Assembly: GCA_003194425.1 (NCBI GenBank)
Contig: PQXB01000001.1
Coordinates: forward strand, 610,444 to 642,443
Length of the DNA: 32,000 nucleotides
Reading direction: 5' to 3'
Source: Candidatus Methanophagaceae archaeon
Lineage (GTDB): Archaea > Halobacteriota > Syntropharchaeia > Alkanophagales > Methanospirareceae
Below the pieces are notes generated by a model that was not told the DNA's origin, made no database searches, and worked only from the letters and a program-made list of their open reading frames with translations. Numbering within the stretch: position 1 is the stretch's first letter; the number at the start of each line of letters is the position of its first letter. Positions 9,501-15,127 of the stretch are shown here, piece by piece. A program made the position numbers and the translations under genes.

Positions 9501-10809
9501 TCAGCTCGGTGTCAATGTTGTTCCAGTCATCGCGTCTTGAATTACCTAAAGCGTCTGTTTCTTTGATTAAATTTCCGTAAGCATCGTATTCATAAGAGGT
9601 GGTCGCTCCATTTGCGTCTGTAAAGCTCTCCAAATTCATATCGCTGTCCCACTGCATCGTTGCAACACCGCCTAAGGCGTCGGTGATTTTTATCGGGTTG
9701 CCGTTTGAATTGTGCTCTATTTTTGTTTTATTACCGGATACGTCGATTACATTGGTGACATTATTTGGGGAATATTTGAGTTCATAAATAGGGAAGTTTT
9801 TGATTATAGTGGCTTTCTTGACGATGCCCCCTCCTCTGTCTGAGCGTACTGTTGCGGCTTGGGCTTGGGCTATGTATTCATACGTATATGTAAGCACGAT
9901 ATCTTTACCCAGAAATTTGCCGTCCTCACCGTAGCGAAACATAGTCTCGCTTTCAACACGATCCTCTTTGATATCTTTAGTTTCAACAGGATACAAACGA
10001 TTCTTCTTATCTTTGAGTTTGTGATTATTATAATATTCGTAGAAAGAAGAATTCCCCAGGGCGTCGGTTACTTCAACAAGGTCTGAAGCAGCGTACTCAT
10101 ATTTTATCTCTCTCCCGAGCGGGTCGGCAACGCTGCTAATTTTGCCGTGCAAATCGTAATTAATATTCAAAAACATCCCAGAATCGTCGGAGACGCGCGT
10201 TAGTCTTCCAAGTAAATTATACTCAAAATTCAAATGATTTCCGTTTTTGTCGGCGATGTTATTTATTCTGCCGTTTGAGGCGAAGTTGTACTTTGAGCCG
10301 TCCGTGAACCAGAGAGAGAAAGAGTCGTCAGGATTTTTCGTTAGCTTTGAGTGAATTCCTGGTGGTGCATTGTATTCGCTTCCTCCCGCGGGAGAGAAGG
10401 TGTGTGCAGAGCCGTCTTCGTCAAAGAAGGTTACCGTGCTGTCCTTATTTTTTATGAGATAAAGGTTGTAGTTGTGTGTCCAGCCGAAGCCGAAGGGACC
10501 GTGCTTTCCACTGTTGTGGCTGTTGTAGGACCTGATGATTTCGATCTCGAAGCCACGTGCTGTTATCGAGATGTCCTTTTCTTCGCCGAGGTAAAGGTTG
10601 CCGTTTGCTGTGTTCACAATCCCGCCCGCGGCGTAGTAGTACCAGGGTTCGTAGCCGGTGTTGCCTGTGTTTGGTGGTGCGTTTAAAGATGCACTCCCTG
10701 TTTTGTTCTCCGCCGTCACCGCGCCCGCGAAGAGCGAGCAGAGCATTATCGCGATGAAGAGTAGCGATGTCAGTTTCGTGTTCAGTTCAATCTTTTCATC
10801 TTCCCCCAT
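1..10809 (-). CDS. Giant secreted RHS/YD-repeat protein that continues into a TM cluster, a GATase-like domain and a long Ig-like/PKD/DUF11-like array. The C-terminus lies beyond the window (>=3,603 codons visible).
   Basis: ATG at 10809-10807 with GGAGGG (10816-10821) 6 nt upstream. Codon phase is plus positions 3n+1..3n+3. I reverse-translated more than 25 sixty-nt lines spread over the region (1-60, 601-900, 3661-3960, 4981-5040, 5281-5760, 6001-7260, 10621-10809) and found no in-phase TTA/CTA/TCA. The ORF track lists no closed minus-strand ORF in this phase anywhere in 1-10809. It also omits the other edge-truncated ORF at 31480+, which is what one open frame running off the window predicts. 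The + strand ORFs listed here are low-complexity antisense shadows. Confidence 0.9.
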   Translation of the reverse strand, partial: MGEDEKIELNTKLTSLLFIAIMLCSLFAGAVTAENKTGSASLNAPPNTGNTGYEPWYYYAAGGIVNTANGNLYLGEEKDISITARGFEIEIIRSYNSHNSGKHGPFGFGWTHNYNLYLIKNKDSTVTFFDEDGSAHTFSPAGGSEYNAPPGIHSKLTKNPDDSFSLWFTDGSKYNFASNGRINNIADKNGNHLNFEYNLLGRLTRVSDDSGMFLNINYDLHGKISSVADPLGREIKYEYAASDLVEVTDALGNSSFYEYYNNHKLKDKKNRLYPVETKDIKEDRVESETMFRYGEDGKFLGKDIVLTYTYEYIAQAQAATVRSDRGGGIVKKATIIKNFPIYELKYSPNNVTNVIDVSGNKTKIEHNSNGNPIKITDALGGVATMQWDSDMNLESFTDANGATTSYEYDAYGNLIKETDALGNSRRDDWNNIDTELKYISLLVRTTNARGFATNLEYDTDFNLIKIRDATGNYSVMSYDSFGDMTSIRNFRGFTTFFGYDTHGYLINIRDATGNVTEFSYDAVGRLIGTTDANGGRTKYEYDANDNLVKETDALGNETKYEYNAEGTLINTIDANGHSTSTAPNVIGKIGGVTDASGNTTSFKYDQKGNLIEYTDAKGNKTRMNYDALDRLISVVDALGNRESYVYDAVGNRIHIIDKTNNLTSYNYDALNRLTKTTDPLGHATSYFYDAVSNLRSVQNVNGRTTKYEYDALNRLSKISDPSGSETRFSYDANGNLLSHTDAKGQVVRYEYDALDMLTKTISPLGYQTKYAYDAVGNLISRVDANGNISTYSYDPLNRLLTTSYPNGGKVVRDYDAVGNILKISNIGLGLNDVTKFSYDELDRLASVKRDYGAFSKTIKYGYDANGNRVRMKDPDAGITRYEYDALNRQVKLTNPSGEVTKYQYDRLGRTVGTQYQNGISTHCSYDAAGRMLELVTVNKKSSYAYTYDSYAYTYDNMGNRLTKTEANGGITRYEYDALDQLTKVTYPLGEGFTQYTYDVVGNRLSEKDANGTTYYTYDADDRLLTAGGTSYNYDNNGNLIRKVNASGTTRYEYDYENRLTKVTLPDASQVTYQYSPLGDRLSKTDKDGTTNYLYDFKNIFYEPEDILMELDATGTQKARYTHSPGVDKPVSISRGGATFYYLFDGLGSVTSLTDVNGDIVASYKYDAFGKILAETGEAVENPYKFTGREQDEETGLYFYRARYYDATVGRFLSKDSLISEMRVTGNLYNYVDNNPVNLIDPSGHGWLSDFWQTYKYFFKKMYVKPVVKAAKVGKQKVVQAAKVVKQKVVQAAKVVKQKVVQAAKVVKQKVVQAAKAVKQAAETAWKATVDFAQTYWHYAKYWWPRVGIATGISMLTAVTAWFGGPYLLAGLSWLGSTGLPWLWSTGVSFYFTTLLPFIYRAYPFLIDLIDAIWGTVPSPNRATFLWTLFCLGKDLLFGENEGEDTESVEGFEREEDGETPPGPGNDHPDDNYDVSILSYSPRGAGDGGGSYESESEIAVLSRGFYHEFSDILNEVGESCGFVDVDVSIEELNKHPVFVIPSGGFYGLSSLKSFKSKLEQYVRNGSTLIVLAQQRGYEFDTVPGDLSGYGWLEDQSCHHRSVGISTYHPILSGQDSEISDVNVDGYFTKYSEDATVLLSRTKNGMPAMLMYEYGNGTVIATTIYTDWAYGHHQATADGKHLIRDMVVWAKNPEELPEYGSGDSVDIPINVGSYIDLTADKVKFTVIDPDKNVVDTVNVATTVSPYETRAVNFTDTARSKLGIWHLDYSLANDSVGEVQRVRDTQRFAVSKYAANPDGWVYKGKGISYGVNSKSENYAYGSNGTFTIQLWNHGDTDKTVTCWWSFPHNYWAKHDPIYGSPGTTRPGHRSNLHRTLRVPAHGEASFVYSVPVFSYDRLWADFYEGDETSRTYLGGASRAFYCFRPTLEIKVETGKSEYASGEKVPVLLNFKNRQSVRHNATVTVKVLDPNNKKVFEETLTVNLSAGATENRTLYYTLPAAAEKGIYIVTAEAYEEGGEGGKKIGSDSTYFEVFKSYLVDLSFDNPDKIYRVREDLRLFLKVKNLGAGVWNSTVRTAVPDLAFADARFVEVRPNETEEICYDLNVGNAAAGKHEVFVEIAVDNTTQKDAFFVPESNLELCLGGGRTSYNAGENVCVKISNTGGVDTTFVNCSIKFSDKKGFVIYENDQQGNVSAGETETVSFEIPDQAVNGTYNLLVSCKDNRTGKVSKLSKTCEVAGLKAVLSSVSDKKAYFSDENVTLTTTIANLDGAVVNGTLNLKIYSKSSRQQQREVEGTKAPRPASSSSNTSKIQNQVKEQNVSRLESERGSPPGTAGFGTTGTYIKLGIDSFAHICDYDLYYGLQYPIGNEHLAVGWWGEGFYFGYFVGGTLHDGYSYEDSGVEGLEFVSEEKTEAESEGEYVVVLRDTGGNLELTHDFLLPKSEKYVVLKVSLKNVGSERISGLKYRRVCDWDVDRSPENDFWDYLEETDGKPIMLAWDEHYAALAQSSSTPADRWDADAWGDLVSYDTFIDDADPNGWAFDGCVFFEWEETDLDPGESTTVILYYLLGDSKEEILSLYDAAEAEEGFSKLVWEKDIPVDLLAGDVKDVVTELSVQDDLNDAVGKLDLHATLYNHINSSQVMNSSERYSFFVTDKNTSLTLETDKAVYKPKESVKIFGEVRNNAVLTDDYNLSIKKDGVEIFSDTFTLDPSESYVFTTDTTSKTSFTLEGTVDGVTVTDFVSVEAASINVSIITPDVVGLEDFNVGVLIENIGKIYADLNVRLNSSTTSTWNITVPEGESRLLETTRNITKNTTLKVTISGDVNKTIQKEIIFGENSKINLTPDPIYLEGEVEIPFTINNTGVLDSEFNATFSVSSTERQTITKHFFVPKGGEINGSVSFNLTKGAHLLRYCSPFEEVNVTVNVQSPAEFVVAAVLPAEAERNFTLGENVTLVFCVKNEGGSEGEAELKLSVADFEETNRTWVRAGAEENVSFNFTIPDDLEEKRYKGIYELLDGGGERGEFVYLVQGANISVNASLDKKLYEEGEVAVLRLDVKNNRNMDLSLYSRVKFGEYENTTGFNLTGFASKTLTFNVPANFTGDNKMLYSVYTDSGRALYLNSIYVYEKKAGVPLRLYTEKDVYKMGENVKIEIVDVTRTDELNLTAPGYTFNDTVNGPRTLEFTLPAELRSGTYYVDYAFGNYSSAHPFDVVGFSARILEVSLDKEEYISGEDLELKLKIESNRNVSGGSGGRLRTEIYNAEDELLDEFEQNESLRAGETEIEVSRTLLTGTSGVHAVVYGFYADLNGSGLTALVSGAEYFDAEAGSGEPPVADANGPYTGVVGVPVVFDGTGSYDADGRIESYKWDFDDDGEFDDAVGAKPSKTWDAAYSGVVSLKVMDNDGLTGTDSTNLRIDAPGPPPTKPRIEVTKTVFNETSVEWASESTVRVNETVRFRIWLHNRYENETCNLSNILVKDILSESLTYEAGDATVRYPNGTVAAVEPTVVGKECRWSFPPLELKYCENLSIEFNATVVEEGEDRNTANVSGEFCGESVFAEGAARVSTVPREEAVETATGSGTAYFEVADGRIEDLEAVEEAQLPEEGKPNLDFKH
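600..830 (-). other. PKD domain
   Basis: Translation is ADANGPYTGVVGVPVVFDGTGSYDADGRIESYKWDFDDDGEFDDAVGAKPSKTWDAAYSGVVSLKVMDNDGLTGTDSTNL. This matches the classic PKD signature (SYDxDG..xYxWDFGDG ... V.D..G). Confidence 0.8.
850..5700 (-). other. Array of Ig-like beta-sandwich (CARDB/MG-like) modules, interrupted by an unassigned W/Y/G-rich domain at about 3200-3850 and an S/Q-rich linker at about 3850-3960
   Basis: A recurrent pattern of the type LEIKVETGKSEYASGEKVPVLLNFKNRQSV..TVTVKVLDPNNK..LSAGATENRTL was read in several spot translations. Module boundaries are not resolved. Confidence 0.5.
5740..6320 (-). other. Alpha/beta domain resembling a class-I glutamine-amidotransferase-like / ThuA-like fold
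   Basis: Translation is ..HPVFVIPSGGFYGLSSLKSFKSKLEQYVRNGSTLIVLAQQRGYEFDTVPGDLSGYGWLEDQSCHHRSVGI..GNGTVIATTIYTDWAYGHH..MVVWAK. The resemblance is from memory of the family pattern, not from a search. Confidence 0.3.
6500..6790 (-). other. Trp/Gly-rich hydrophobic cluster (about 3 predicted TM helices) directly after the repeat
   Basis: Translation is ..YWWPRVGIATGISMLTAVTAWFGGPYLLAGLSWLGSTGLPWLWSTGVSFYFTTLLPFIYRAYPFLIDLIDAIWG..FLWTLFCLG. The TM call is by eye only. Confidence 0.5.
6865..6996 (-). repeat. 33-bp tandem repeat x4 (three perfect copies and one variant) inside the giant ORF, encoding (KQKVVQAAKVV)n
   Basis: Unit tttagcggcttgcacgactttctgctttaccac occurs at 6865-6897, 6898-6930 and 6931-6963. 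A variant copy lies at 6964-6996, with a degenerate tail to about 7017. The repeat is in phase with the ORF. Confidence 0.95.
7078..10660 (-). other. RHS/YD-repeat shell plus RHS repeat-associated core domain
   Basis: Dozens of YD units were read directly (..TKYEYDANDNLVKETDALGNETKYEYNAEG.., ..RYEYDALDQLTKVTYPLGEG..). The N-terminal RHS lead-in is present (..RSYNSHNSGKHGPFGFGWTHNYN..). The core end is KFTGREQDEETGLYFYRARYYDATVGRFLSKDS..NLYNYVDNNPVNLIDPSGH (7078-7260), with DPSG at 7081-7092. Confidence 0.9.
7944..7985 (-). repeat. Perfect 21-bp tandem duplication inside a YD repeat (SYAYTYD x2)
   Basis: tatcgtaagtgtaagcgtagc occurs at 7944-7964 and again at 7965-7985. Confidence 0.95.
10711..10809 (-). 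other. N-terminal signal peptide / membrane anchor of the giant protein
   Basis: Translation is MGEDEKIELNTKLTSLLFIAIMLCSLFAGAVTA|ENKTG: a charged n-region, a ~20-aa hydrophobic core and an A-x-A-like VTA site. Confidence 0.7.
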
Positions 10810-11233
10810 TTTTATCCCTCCTTCTTCTTTTTCTTCACGATTTTATTCTACTTTTGAATTACTGCATTTAGGAGAAGGGGGTAATATAAATTTTTCTGTT
10901 TTTTCAGATATAAAATCACACATCCCCTTCGTTTTCCCCCTCTTCCTATCCCTCTTCCTCCCCTTCTTCCCCTTTTTTAGCCCTCTCTGCCCTGATTTTA
11001 TCTGTATTTGAATTAATAAGAATTAAAATATGAGGGTTAATATAAGGTTTTCGATGGGGAGTAAATAAACCTTTCGATTTTTTTGTACTGAAATATAAAT
11101 CTTTTGGACGCCTCTTCTCTCCCTCACGATTTTTCTCCCTCTTGCTTTTTTTACTTTTTACTTTTCTCTAAAATGTAAATTTGTGAGTATTTAAAAGCTT
11201 TAAAGTTCAGAAGAAAAGAAGAACGACCAACCG
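10810..11233. promoter_or_regulatory. 424-bp AT-rich divergent intergenic region between the giant gene and the RND exporter gene
   Basis: No credible ORF. Several TATA-like strings are present (tttatatt on the minus strand near 10875-10890; atttaaaa near 11189). Long pyrimidine tracts lie at about 10921-10985 and 11100-11170. Confidence 0.4.
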
Positions 11234-13468
11234 ATGATTCAACGAGTCCTTAACAGGTGGGCGGAGATTTCGAAGCGCTACTACGCGGTGATTATTTTGG
11301 TCGCGGTTGTTGTCGGTGCCGTCTCGTTTGTGAGTGCGAGCGAGACCGAGATTTCTACAAAATACTTCGGCTTCTTCTACCCCGAGACGAATTATATGGA
11401 AGAGATTCGGTTCATTCAGTCCGAGTTTCCGGGGACGCAGACCGCCCAGATTTTAATCGCCGTGGACAGAATTAACGCAAGGAGCGTGCTTGAGCCAGAC
11501 CTGCTCGAAATGAGAGCGGACTTGGTAGAGGCGGTCTCCGATGTTGCGGGGGTGAAGAGCGTTGAGAGCGTGCTCGACCTCGGAGGGACGAAAAATGAAA
11601 TTCTTTCAAGACCGAGCGAGCAGCGCAGTCCGTTCGTTGACGAGAAGTTGCGGCACTCTCTCGTCACCGTGAAGTTGGACGCAACCGAGATTCCAGATAG
11701 CAGGGAATTAGTAGAGACCTTTCAGAAGACGATAAAAAAGGTGGACGAGGTGCGAGGTTCGTCGGTTACGCTAACGGGCCAAATTGCGTGGGGCTACGCG
11801 TGGGACCGGGCGATAAGAAGTGGATTTTCAAGGTCGCTCCTCGTCGGGTTCGTAGCGATTTTCATCCTCCTCTTTCTGCTCTTCAAAAGCCCGACGACGC
11901 CGTTTGTCGTTCTCTTTCCGGTGCTGGTTGCGGTGCTTGCGAGCTTCGGGCTGATGCATTTCATCCAAATCCCGCTCAACTTCTTGACCGCGATGTTCGG
12001 CGCCGTAACGCTCGGGCTCGGCGTTGACTACGCTATTCATTTAGTTCACCGGCTACCACGAAGAGTCGGCGCGGGGAGGGCAGTAGCAGGGGGAAACAAC
12101 GAGCGGGCGTTGAACATTGCGTGTATGAAAATTGGGCGAAACACGCTCGTTACGAGTTTGACGACGATGGCTGCGTTCTCTTCGATGGCTCTTTCGCCGA
12201 TTCGGATGCTTGGGGAGTACGGAATAATGTCCTTCATCGCAATCTCGTTCTCCGCACTCTCGGTCTTCCTCTTTGTCCCTTCCCTGCTCGTGCTTGAAGA
12301 GAAAATCGGGTGGGGTGTGAGAGGAGGGAGAAGGACGTTGGACTTTTCGGGGCTCGCGCGGTTGCTCGGCACCGAGCGGCTCATTTCACGAACGATGGAA
12401 CGCGTGGCGGATTTTTCGCTGAAACGCTCGGTCGGTGCGGTTCTTATCATCGGGCTCACGCTACTCCCGATTCTTGCGGGCGTGGGAATGATTGAAAGCA
12501 GGAGCGAGCAGGAGATGTGGATTCCGGAGGGCGACCCGCTGATGGTGGCGTGGCGGGTCGTGGACGAGGAATTCTGCGATTACGAGTACTCCACGATTCT
12601 GGTGCGGGCGGACGACATAAGAACGCCGGAGATGATGAAAGCGCTGGCGGAGGTTGAAGCGAGCGTTCGGGAGGTGCCGGGGGTTGTAGCGTTGTCTTCT
12701 TGAGGGAGAAGGAGGAGGCGAGATTCGTGCGGAGAAGAGGGAGATTGAGAGGCGGATTGCGGCGATTCCCGCGGACTTGCGAGAGAGTTTTGTTACGAAC
12801 GACTACACGGCAGCGCTGATTATCATAAAAGCCGACGAAGAGATTGAAGAGAAGCAGGTGCGGGAGATTGACGATGCGATTCTCTTTGTAGAGACGCCAG
12901 GCGACGCCAGTTTCAGGCACGCGAGCTTTTCTACGCTCTTTTCCCAGATGGACAGAATGATGGAAGAGAGTCAGGCGAAGACGACCGGGGTAAGCCTCGT
13001 TTTAGTCTTTGCGATTCTGTTCTCGTTTTTCAGAACCCCCTTTCGGATAATTCTCGCGTTTGCACCCGTCCTGTTCGCGATAATTTACGCTCTCGGCACA
13101 ATGGGGCTCGTCGGAATTCCGTTTACGCCGCTCACGGTGATGATAATGACGATTCTAATCGGGCTTGGAACCGACTACTCGGTCCATTTCGTCTCACGCT
13201 ACCGAGAGGAGCGGGCGAAGGGGTTTGAGACGCAGGCGGCGCTGCAGACGACGACGCTGACCGTGGGTTCGGCGATTCTGACGGCGTCGCTCTGACGACG
13301 CTCTTCGGCTTTTTGGCGCTTACCACGATGTCGCTCGTGCCTGTGCAGGACTTCGGCAGGATTGCAGCGGTGGGGCTCGTTTACGCTGCGTTCTTAACGC
13401 CTGTCGTCGTCTCGCTCGGGATTCTTGCGCAGGAGCGGGTGGCTCAGGCTCTAAAACGAAGATTTTGA
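11234..13468 (+). pseudogene. RND-superfamily (MMPL/COG1033-type) exporter, split into three frame segments
   Basis: Piece 1 is 11234-12703 (phase 2), piece 2 is open from 12690 to 13295 (phase 0), and piece 3 is 13295-13468 (phase 2). Both halves carry the family motif (GLGVDYAIHLVHR.. and GLGTDYSVHFVSRYREE..). Read-through is colinear: ..VPGVVALSS / LLEGEGGGEIRAEK.. and ..GSAILTASL / TTLFGFLALTTMS... Confidence 0.7.
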
Positions 13469-13491
13469 GCAAGCAAGTGCAAGCAAGTTAT

Positions 13492-13911
13492 TCAAGGTTC
13501 AAGGTTAAGGTTGCTGGCAAGTTCTACTAGCCGCTTGACATGTTTTAGCCGCCACCACACCGCGTCCGGCTTCAACCGTTCCTCGTGAAACCCTTCGACG
13601 TGCAAATACCACGCCTCTGCCCAACCGTGACTCACATCCTCACCGAGTTCTCTTTCCAAATTCCTGACTCCTTTGTCCAGCAATCCGACACTCCACCTGC
13701 CTCTGCTCTCAACATCCCTGTAAATTTCAGGTGCGTGCGTCTTCACGAGAACCTTGACCGCGTCCTCGGCAGCCTTGTAAATCTTCTCGCACGCCTGCAC
13801 AACATCGCCAGCCTTCAGTAGCCGCTCGCCTTCTTCAAAGAACCGCTTTACACCGCTGACTGGTAAAATTACTACTCCTTTTACCCCTCCTCTTGACGCT
13901 GCTTCTGCCAT
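13492..13911 (-). CDS. Small helical protein, PaREP1-like (HEPN-related four-helix bundle family)
   Basis: 139 aa. The ..AEAWYLHVEGFHEERL.. and ..ACEKIYKAAEDAVKVL.. patterns resemble archaeal PaREP1. Family assigned from memory only. Confidence 0.45.
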   Translation of the reverse strand: MAEAASRGGVKGVVILPVSGVKRFFEEGERLLKAGDVVQACEKIYKAAEDAVKVLVKTHAPEIYRDVESRGRWSVGLLDKGVRNLERELGEDVSHGWAEAWYLHVEGFHEERLKPDAVWWRLKHVKRLVELASNLNLEP

Positions 13912-13933
13912 ATTTTTTGTTTATGCTTGCGCG

Positions 13934-13940
13934 TTTAAAT
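13934..13940 (-). promoter_or_regulatory. TATA-like box (ATTTAAA on the minus strand) 23-29 nt upstream of the 13911 ATG, suggesting a leaderless transcript
   Basis: Position and sequence only. Confidence 0.3.
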
Positions 13941-14074
13941 AAGAACGGAGACCCGTGCAGCGCGCTAAAAGGAGACGGATGTTTATCAAAATCCCAACTT
14001 TATTCGGCTTCTTTTCTAAAACCCACGCTTTTTAGGGGTCATTATTTGTGTGCCTAACTGCATTTAGTGTAATT

Positions 14075-15127
14075 ATGAAAAAACTATCTGAAGTAAATGA
14101 AAGTTTTGAGGGGCTGTACAGGACGCTCGTGGCATCGATAAAATCGAAGCTGCTGCTTGCAGGAATCGAACTAAAAGTCTTCAACCACTTGAGCGAACCC
14201 CAGTCGGCTGAGGCTGTGGCGAAGGCAGCAGACACTCACCCAGAGAACACGAGGCGGTTTCTGGACTGACTGGCGGCGAGCGACCTGGTGGTGAAGCGGA
14301 AGGGACTGTACCAGAACACGCCGACCACGCAGACATTTCTCGTGGAGGGCAGCTCGACTTTCTTGGGCGAGTTTCTTGCCACGCAGTTGCAGTGGCACAA
14401 GCCCGTCCTCGAAGACCTCTCCACGCTGGTTAGGAACGGACCCCCGCAAACGCTGCCGTCGGAAATTGATGCGGAATCCGAAGACCTGTGGGCTCAAACG
14501 GCTGTGCTTATGGCAAACTACGAGCGGTCCGGGACGGCACAACAGGTAGCAAAAGTCGTCTCGGAACTGCCGGAATTCCCGTCGTTTCGGAAGATGCTGG
14601 ATCTGGGCGGAGGTCCGGGGCTTCTCGGAATCGCGATTGTGGCGGCGCATCCGAGAATGAAGGGCGTTGTACTCGACCGCCCTGCCGTGGCGAAGGTAGC
14701 CGAAAAGTTTATTAAAGAGTACGAGCTAGAAGATCGGATGGAAGCGCTGGGCGGCGACTACAGAACTGACCACCTCGGCGGGGCGTACGACCTAATCTTG
14801 GCGTCGGCGACACTCAATTTTGTGAAAGACGATTTGGATGCGTTTTTGAGGAGGGTGTACGACGCACTCAATCCCGGCGGCGTGTTCGTCGCTATTTCGG
14901 ACGGCTTGACAGACGAGCGGACGAAGCCTGAACTTATGGTGACTAGCTGGTTGTCGATGGGGCTCACGGGTCAGGAAATGGGTTTTGAGCAGGGCTTTGT
15001 TGCCGATTCAATGCTCCGCGTCGGGTTCAAGTCCGTCCGTTCACGCACGTTGGAGATGCCAATGGGTCTGATGGACTTCGATGTTGGGCGGAAAGGGAAG
15101 GAGGGGGGAGGAAACAAAAATGTTTAA
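14075..15127 (+). pseudogene. SAM-dependent O-methyltransferase (winged-helix dimerisation domain + class I MTase) interrupted by an in-frame TGA at 14267-14269
   Basis: Track ORFs 14048..14269 and 14288..15127 are in the same phase. The join reads ..ENTRRFLD*LAASDLVVKRKGLYQNT.., a contiguous dimerisation-domain motif. SAM motif I is LDLGGGPG. The likely start is ATG 14075 (MKKLSEVNE). Confidence 0.7.

Noticed and set aside
5-10757. About 28 + strand ORFs in the track across 1-10.8 kb (e.g. 1808..2689 at 293 aa, 4201..4884 at 227 aa, 831..1289, 10351..10686)
   Set aside because: All lie antisense to the continuous minus-strand giant ORF. They translate to low-complexity S/P/R/L-rich strings with no recognisable motifs, and none has a convincing RBS.
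12685-13298. Programmed ribosomal frameshifting in the exporter gene
   Set aside because: There is no slippery heptamer or downstream pseudoknot-like structure at either junction. There are two shifts of opposite sign plus a third locally compensated indel, which fits decay or error better.
14267-14269. The TGA read as selenocysteine or a reassigned sense codon
   Set aside because: TGA terminates several well-supported genes in this window (rps28e, ndk, lysA, tatD). The position is a non-catalytic helix of a dimerisation domain, and I see no obvious SECIS-like hairpin. A nonsense mutation or base-call error is simpler.
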